The translations under genes were made by a program, and so were the position numbers. This document shows, piece by piece, positions 59,408 through 64,000 of a stretch of DNA of 64,000 nt. A model generated the notes under the pieces. It was not told the DNA's origin. It did no database searches and saw only the letters and a list, made by a program, of their open reading frames with translations. Every line of letters starts with the position of its first letter. Within the stretch, counting starts at the first letter, position 1. The stretch is taken from contig OZ241863.1 of NCBI GenBank assembly GCA_965203055.1, positions 2,752,001 through 2,816,000 of the forward strand, written 5' to 3'. This stretch comes from Spirochaetia bacterium (lineage in GTDB: Bacteria > Spirochaetota > Spirochaetia > SZUA-6 > Bin103).

Positions 59408-60751
59408 ATGCCTGATGCCGATCCCGACCTGCGCCACGAGATAGCGCTGTTCCGCTACGGCCTGATCTTCGAAGTGGCCCAACTGCCGCTCGGCTCTCCC
59501 GGCATCGGCGCGCAGTTGCGCGCCAAGGCCGAGCAGAACCACTCCATCCCCGGCTCGCACCGTACCCGCGTGGCCGCAGAGACCCTGCGCGATTGGCTGC
59601 ACCGCTATCGCCTTGGCGGCTTCGATGCCCTGTACCCCAAGCCGCGCGCCGACCGCGGCCTGCCGCGGCGGCTGCCGCCCGAAGCCGCCGAGTTGCTGCT
59701 GGCGATCAAGACCGAGCATCCCGCCTGGTCAGTGCGCCAGGTCATCAAGCACGCCACCGCCAGCGGCCAGCTCCCCGCCGGCGTGCGGCTCGCGCGCTCC
59801 ACCGTGCACCGCCTGCTGCACGCCGAGGGGCTGATGCACCCGCCCGGCGCCGCCGCAGACGCCGCCGACCGCCGCCGCTTCAGCTTCCGCTACGCCGGCC
59901 AGTTGTGGATGAGCGACGTCATGCACGGCCCCTCCGTCGCCGACGGACGCCGCCGCCGCAAGAGCTACCTCATCGCCTTTCTCGACGACGCCACCCGCCT
60001 GTGTCCCTTCGCCGCCTTCGCCCATGGCGAGAACACCGCCTCCTTCCTGCCGGTGTTCAAGCAGGCGCTGATCCGCCGCGGCCTGCCGCAACGCCTGTAC
60101 GTCGACAACGGCGCCAACTATCGCTCCCAACAACTGGCCCTGGTCTGCGCCAAGCTCGGCATCGCCCTGCTCCACGCACGCCCCTATCAGCCGCAGGGCA
60201 AAGGCAAGATCGAACGCTTCTTCCGCACCCTGCGCGCCCAGTTGCTTGCCTCCCTCGCTCCGCCCGACACCGCCACTCTCGAGACTCTCAACCGCCGCCT
60301 GTGGGCCTACCTTGAAGGCGAATACCACCACTCCCCCCATCGCGGCCTGGACGGCAACACCCCCCTCGAACAGTGGGCGCTGAGCGCCGCTGAGGTCCGC
60401 TACCCCGAAACCGCCCTCGACCTGGATGATCTGTTCCTGTTCGAGGCCAAGCGCCGCGTCATGAACGACCGCACCGTCAGCCTCCATGGCCGCGTCTACG
60501 AAGTCGATCCGCTGCTGGTCGGCCGCACCGTCACCTTGCGCTACGATCCCGCCGCGCCGCCCAGCCGACCGCTGCAGGTGCTCCACGCCGGCGCCGCCGC
60601 CGGGCACGCCACCATCCTCAACGCCTACGCCAACGCCTTCGTCAAGCGCGCCCGCCCCTCCCGCCACCTCGAACCCGACGCTCCCGCGCCCCGGCCGCCG
60701 CCCTCGCCGCTGGCCCTGCGCCACCTCCACCGCAACCAGGAGAACGACTGA
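59408..60751 (+). CDS. DDE integrase/transposase (Mu/TnsB/IS481-like)
   Basis: WMSD, YVDNG and GKIERFF catalytic triad; N-terminal HTH; Mu-type C-terminal barrel. Confidence 0.92.
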   Translation: MPDADPDLRHEIALFRYGLIFEVAQLPLGSPGIGAQLRAKAEQNHSIPGSHRTRVAAETLRDWLHRYRLGGFDALYPKPRADRGLPRRLPPEAAELLLAIKTEHPAWSVRQVIKHATASGQLPAGVRLARSTVHRLLHAEGLMHPPGAAADAADRRRFSFRYAGQLWMSDVMHGPSVADGRRRRKSYLIAFLDDATRLCPFAAFAHGENTASFLPVFKQALIRRGLPQRLYVDNGANYRSQQLALVCAKLGIALLHARPYQPQGKGKIERFFRTLRAQLLASLAPPDTATLETLNRRLWAYLEGEYHHSPHRGLDGNTPLEQWALSAAEVRYPETALDLDDLFLFEAKRRVMNDRTVSLHGRVYEVDPLLVGRTVTLRYDPAAPPSRPLQVLHAGAAAGHATILNAYANAFVKRARPSRHLEPDAPAPRPPPSPLALRHLHRNQEND

Positions 60752-61551
60752 TGTATCTGCGCCATTTCGCCTTCACCCGCTGGCCCTTCGCCGCCAACCT
60801 TGAATCCGACCAACTGTTCGCTTCCGCCTCCCGCCAGGAAGCCGAGGCCCGCCTGCAGCATCTGCTCCACCTCCGCGGCATCGGCCTGCTCACCGGCGAG
60901 GTCGGCTGCGGCAAGACCACCGTCTGCCGCGCCGTGACCGCCTCCCTCCATCCCGGCCTGTTCCGCGTCCTCTACGTCTCGCTCACCACCGGCAACGTCA
61001 TGGACATGTACAAGTCGATCGCCTGGGAACTCGGCTTGCCGGCCGAACGCTCCCGCGCCACTGCCTACCGCGCCATCCGCTCCGAGATCACCCGCCAAGT
61101 CCAGGAAGCCCGGCTCCTGCCGGTGCTCGTCGTCGACGAGGCGCAGTTCCTGCGCACCGAGGTGCTCACCGATCTGCGCCTGTTGACCAACTACACCATG
61201 GACTCCGAACACCGCCTGTGCCTGCTGCTGGTCGGCCTCACCGAGTTGCGCCGCCGACTCTCGATGGCGGTCCACGAATCGCTCAGCCAGCGCCTGGTCG
61301 TGCGCCATCATCTCGGCGGCCTGCAACGCCCCGAACTCGATGCCTACCTCGCCCACCGCCTGCGCTTGGCCGGCTGCGAACTGCCGCTGTTCGAGGCGCC
61401 CGCCGCAGAGGCCTTGTTCCACGCCTCCCGCGGGCTGCCGCGGCAGATCAACCGCATCGCCCATTACGCCCTGTCGGCCACCGCCCTCGCCAACTCCCAC
61501 CGCGTCACCGCCGAGCACCTGCAGCACGCCCTCGACGAACTGCGCCCCTGA
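60751..61551 (+). CDS. ExeA-family AAA ATPase (TnsC/MuB-like transposition helper)
   Basis: Walker A GEVGCGKT, Walker B VVDEAQ, GLPRQIN motif; start overlaps the transposase stop. Confidence 0.9.
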   Translation: MYLRHFAFTRWPFAANLESDQLFASASRQEAEARLQHLLHLRGIGLLTGEVGCGKTTVCRAVTASLHPGLFRVLYVSLTTGNVMDMYKSIAWELGLPAERSRATAYRAIRSEITRQVQEARLLPVLVVDEAQFLRTEVLTDLRLLTNYTMDSEHRLCLLLVGLTELRRRLSMAVHESLSQRLVVRHHLGGLQRPELDAYLAHRLRLAGCELPLFEAPAAEALFHASRGLPRQINRIAHYALSATALANSHRVTAEHLQHALDELRP

Positions 61552-61930
61552 CCGCTGCAACCGGGGACTGCCGCCACCATTACCCAGACCTGGTCGCAGT
61601 CCCCGGCGCCGGCGCCCGGACACTGCGCACCGGCGCCAACTCCGCACCGTTCGCTACGCCAGCGCCGGCCAGCTCAAACCTGCGTTACCATGCTGCGCGT
61701 CTTGATCCTGGCTGGCCCGTCGGCCCGCCGGTGACAGCACGTCACTTCGGTGACCGCGATCACCGCCGGGCTGACCCTCACTGTCCCCATTATTTCACCT
61801 GACCGAATTATCCGGGAAATCCCGAGTCTCTCGGCGCGATTTATTCTGGGATTCCAGCGGCGAGATTATGTGAGATACAACAACGGGCGGTCAGCCTCCA
61901 CCGGGTGACGTGCCGGTGTTCAGGGGGAGG

Positions 61931-63102
61931 TACTACGGAGCGGCGTTCGAAGCGCCGCTGATCCTGGTCGAACGGCTGCTCGGCCTCACCGACCGCCGCG
62001 CCGTCTATCTCAGCCGCCATCTGCTGACTCACCTGTTCTTCCTCACCGGCGGCTTCTTCTGCTGGCTGCTCGCCTTCCGCCTGTTCCGCGACCGCCGGCT
62101 GGCGCTGTTCGCCCTGCTGCTGTTCCTGCTGCAGCCCCGCCTGTACGCCCACTCCTTCTTCAACACCAAGGACATCCCCTTCCTGGTCATGTTCACGATC
62201 GCGCTCTATCTGACGCAGCGCGCCTTCCGCCGCGACACCGCCGGGGCGTTCGCGCTCTGCGGGCTGGGCGTGGGCGTGCTGGTCAACCTGCGCGTCATGG
62301 GCCTGCTGCTGTGCGCCGCGGTGCCGGCGCTGCGGGCGCTCGACCTGCTGCAGGCGCACGGGCCGGCGGAGCGGAGGCGCGCGCTGGCGACCGCCGGGGC
62401 GTTCCTGCTGGCCGCGGCGGCGGCCCTGTACGCGGTCTCGCCCCATCTCTGGCGCAACCCGCTTGAGCTGATCGACGCGGTCGTCACGCTTCCGCGCCAT
62501 CGGGCCTACCTTCCGACGCTGTTTCAGGGCGAGCTGGTGCGCTGGCCGGCGATCCCGCCGCACTACCTGCCGACCTGGATGGCGATCACCACGCCGCCGG
62601 CGGCGCTGCTGTTGAGCGTGGCCGGGGTGATTTCCGTGCTGGGACGCGGCCTGACCCGCCCGCGCGCCGCTCTACGCAACACCCCCGTCACCCGCTTCGG
62701 GGCGCTGCTGGTCGCCTGTCCGGCGCTGTCGGTCGCGGTCGTCATCGCGGTCAACGCCAACCACTACGACGGCTGGCGGCACATGTATTTCTGGCCGCCC
62801 CCCTGTGCCTGCTGGCGGCCTACGGCCTGCGCCGGCTGCTGGCCGCCGCGCGCCGGCCGCGGCTGCGGCGCGGCGTCTACGCGCTGGCCGCGGCGGGCGT
62901 GGCCGCGGCCGCGGTCGAGATGGCGCTGATCCACCCGCATCAGATGGTGTACTTCAACTTCCTGGTGGACCGCCGCACCCCCGAATACCTGTCCACGCGG
63001 TACGAGATGGAATACTGGGGACCGGCCTACCGCGAGGGGCTGGAGTATCTGCTCCGGCGCGATCCGCAGGCAACCATCCACCTCGTCGCGGCGCAGAACT
63101 GG
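61931..63102 (+). pseudogene. Truncated copy of the GT-C gene 50595-53252
   Basis: Promoter, SSR and first TM are deleted (sequence equivalent to ~50546 joins ~51078). T4-to-T3 frameshift at ~62790. Homology ends abruptly at ~63102. Confidence 0.85.
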
Positions 63103-64000
63103 GGAGCGCGAGCGCCAAGCCGGTCTTCGCGTCCGATATCTCCGGCGCGGAGTGGACGGTCGACGCCGAGGTCCGGGCGGGCGCAGTGGTGCTGGTGCTC
63201 ACCGCCCCCGATCAGTCGGGCGCCGGCGACACGGTTGAGTCGGTGACGATCACGAATCAGGGGAGCGGCTACACCGCGGACCCAACCGTGACCTTTTCCG
63301 CGCCGCCGTCCGGCGGCGCCACCGCGACACGTCTGCCCCAACCGTCACCTTTGGCGCTCCGCCGGCCGGTGGCACTCGGGCAACCGGAACAGCGACGCGA
63401 TATGGCGATGGAGTGACAGGTGTAACCATCACGAACGGGGGGAGCGGTTACACCGCTGCCCCTGCCGTGACGTTTTCGGGCGGAGGGGGCAGCGGCGCGG
63501 TCGCCACCGCAAGGCTTGGAAACAATAGACTACAGGCAGTGACGATCACTAACTCTGGGAGCGGCTACACCGCTGGCCCTGCCGTGACGTTTTCGGGCGG
63601 AGGGGGCAGCGGTGCGGTCGCCACCGCGGTGCTGCAAAGCGGCGTCGCGTCGGTGACGGTCACCAACGGGGGGAGCAGCTACACATCGGCCCCTTCCGTG
63701 ACCTTTGGTGCAGCGCCGAGTGGCGGCGTCACGGCCGCGGGCACCGCGGTGCTACGCTACAGCGTAGCGTCAGTGACGGTCACGGACGGGGGGAGCGGCT
63801 ACACCTCCGCCCCAACCGTGATCTTTGCGGCGGCGCCGAGCGGCGGCACCACGGCCGCCGGCACCGCGGCTCTAAGCCTCAGCAACGTAGCGTCGGTGAC
63901 GGTCACCAACGGAGGGAGCGGTTACCCCGCTGCCCCGACCGTGACGTTTTCGGCGCCGGCCAGCGGTACCCGCGCGACCGGCACGGCCACGCTGGCAGAG
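63103..64000 (+). CDS. Fragment of a repeat-rich surface or structural protein (VTxTNGGSGYTxAPxVTF repeats); no start seen, frame break at ~63330, runs off the window
   Basis: Translated by hand: about seven 36-40 aa repeats, e.g. VTITNGGSGYTAAPAVTFSGGGGSGAVATA. Confidence 0.7.

Larger units (their letters stand above)
58487..61882 (+). mobile_element. Three-gene Mu/Tn7-like transposon, 3396 bp
   Basis: TGTTGGATCCCACAT...ATGTGAGATACAACA ends. 5-bp TSD ACGGG at 58482-58486 and 61883-61887. The empty site is visible in the paralogous region near 50495-50510. Confidence 0.92.

Noticed and set aside
29585..62795. Frameshifts at ~29590, ~49844, ~57647 and ~62790 as programmed frameshifting or true pseudogenisation
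   Set aside because: All are 1-2 nt deletions without slippery heptamers, one in a homopolymer. They may be long-read consensus errors and cannot be resolved without reads.
1..64000. tRNA, rRNA or known riboswitches
   Set aside because: None recognised by eye; an Infernal/Rfam and tRNAscan search would be needed to exclude them.

Overview
High-GC bacterial DNA. The signal sequences of the solute-binding proteins (AFAAGAE, VSAGGQEE) and the many Rpn, Uma2, HNH and AAA-nuclease paralogues suggest a Spirochaetia-like host-associated bacterium, possibly a marine-invertebrate symbiont; this is inference only. The window has three zones. (1) 1-14.6 kb: ABC exporter, vanadium-haloperoxidase-like gene, a rearranged Uma2/HNH/Rpn tandem duplication, and an orphan BREX-2 pglX. 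(2) 14.7-30.4 kb: ordinary carbohydrate and peptide ABC uptake and catabolic genes. (3) 30.5-64 kb: a plastic envelope-modification array. GT-C glycosyltransferases and arylsulfate sulfotransferases there share an unnamed ~100-aa two-Cys C-terminal domain and alternate with mosaic AAA-ATPase/PD-(D/E)XK nuclease genes. Three of these genes have 7- or 8-mer simple-sequence repeats directly after TTGACA-N17 promoters. The most striking element is 39759-41332: 1574 bp, no transposase, ISKra4-type ends, an exact 8-bp target duplication, and a single leaderless HNH nuclease gene. It and a related end at 5743 lie 15-16 bp upstream of the -35 box of the same promoter motif. An autonomous ISKra4-family IS with near-identical ends (55101-56623) and a three-gene Mu/Tn7-like transposon with a 5-bp TSD (58487-61882) are also present. 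Several 1-2 nt frameshifts may be sequencing errors.
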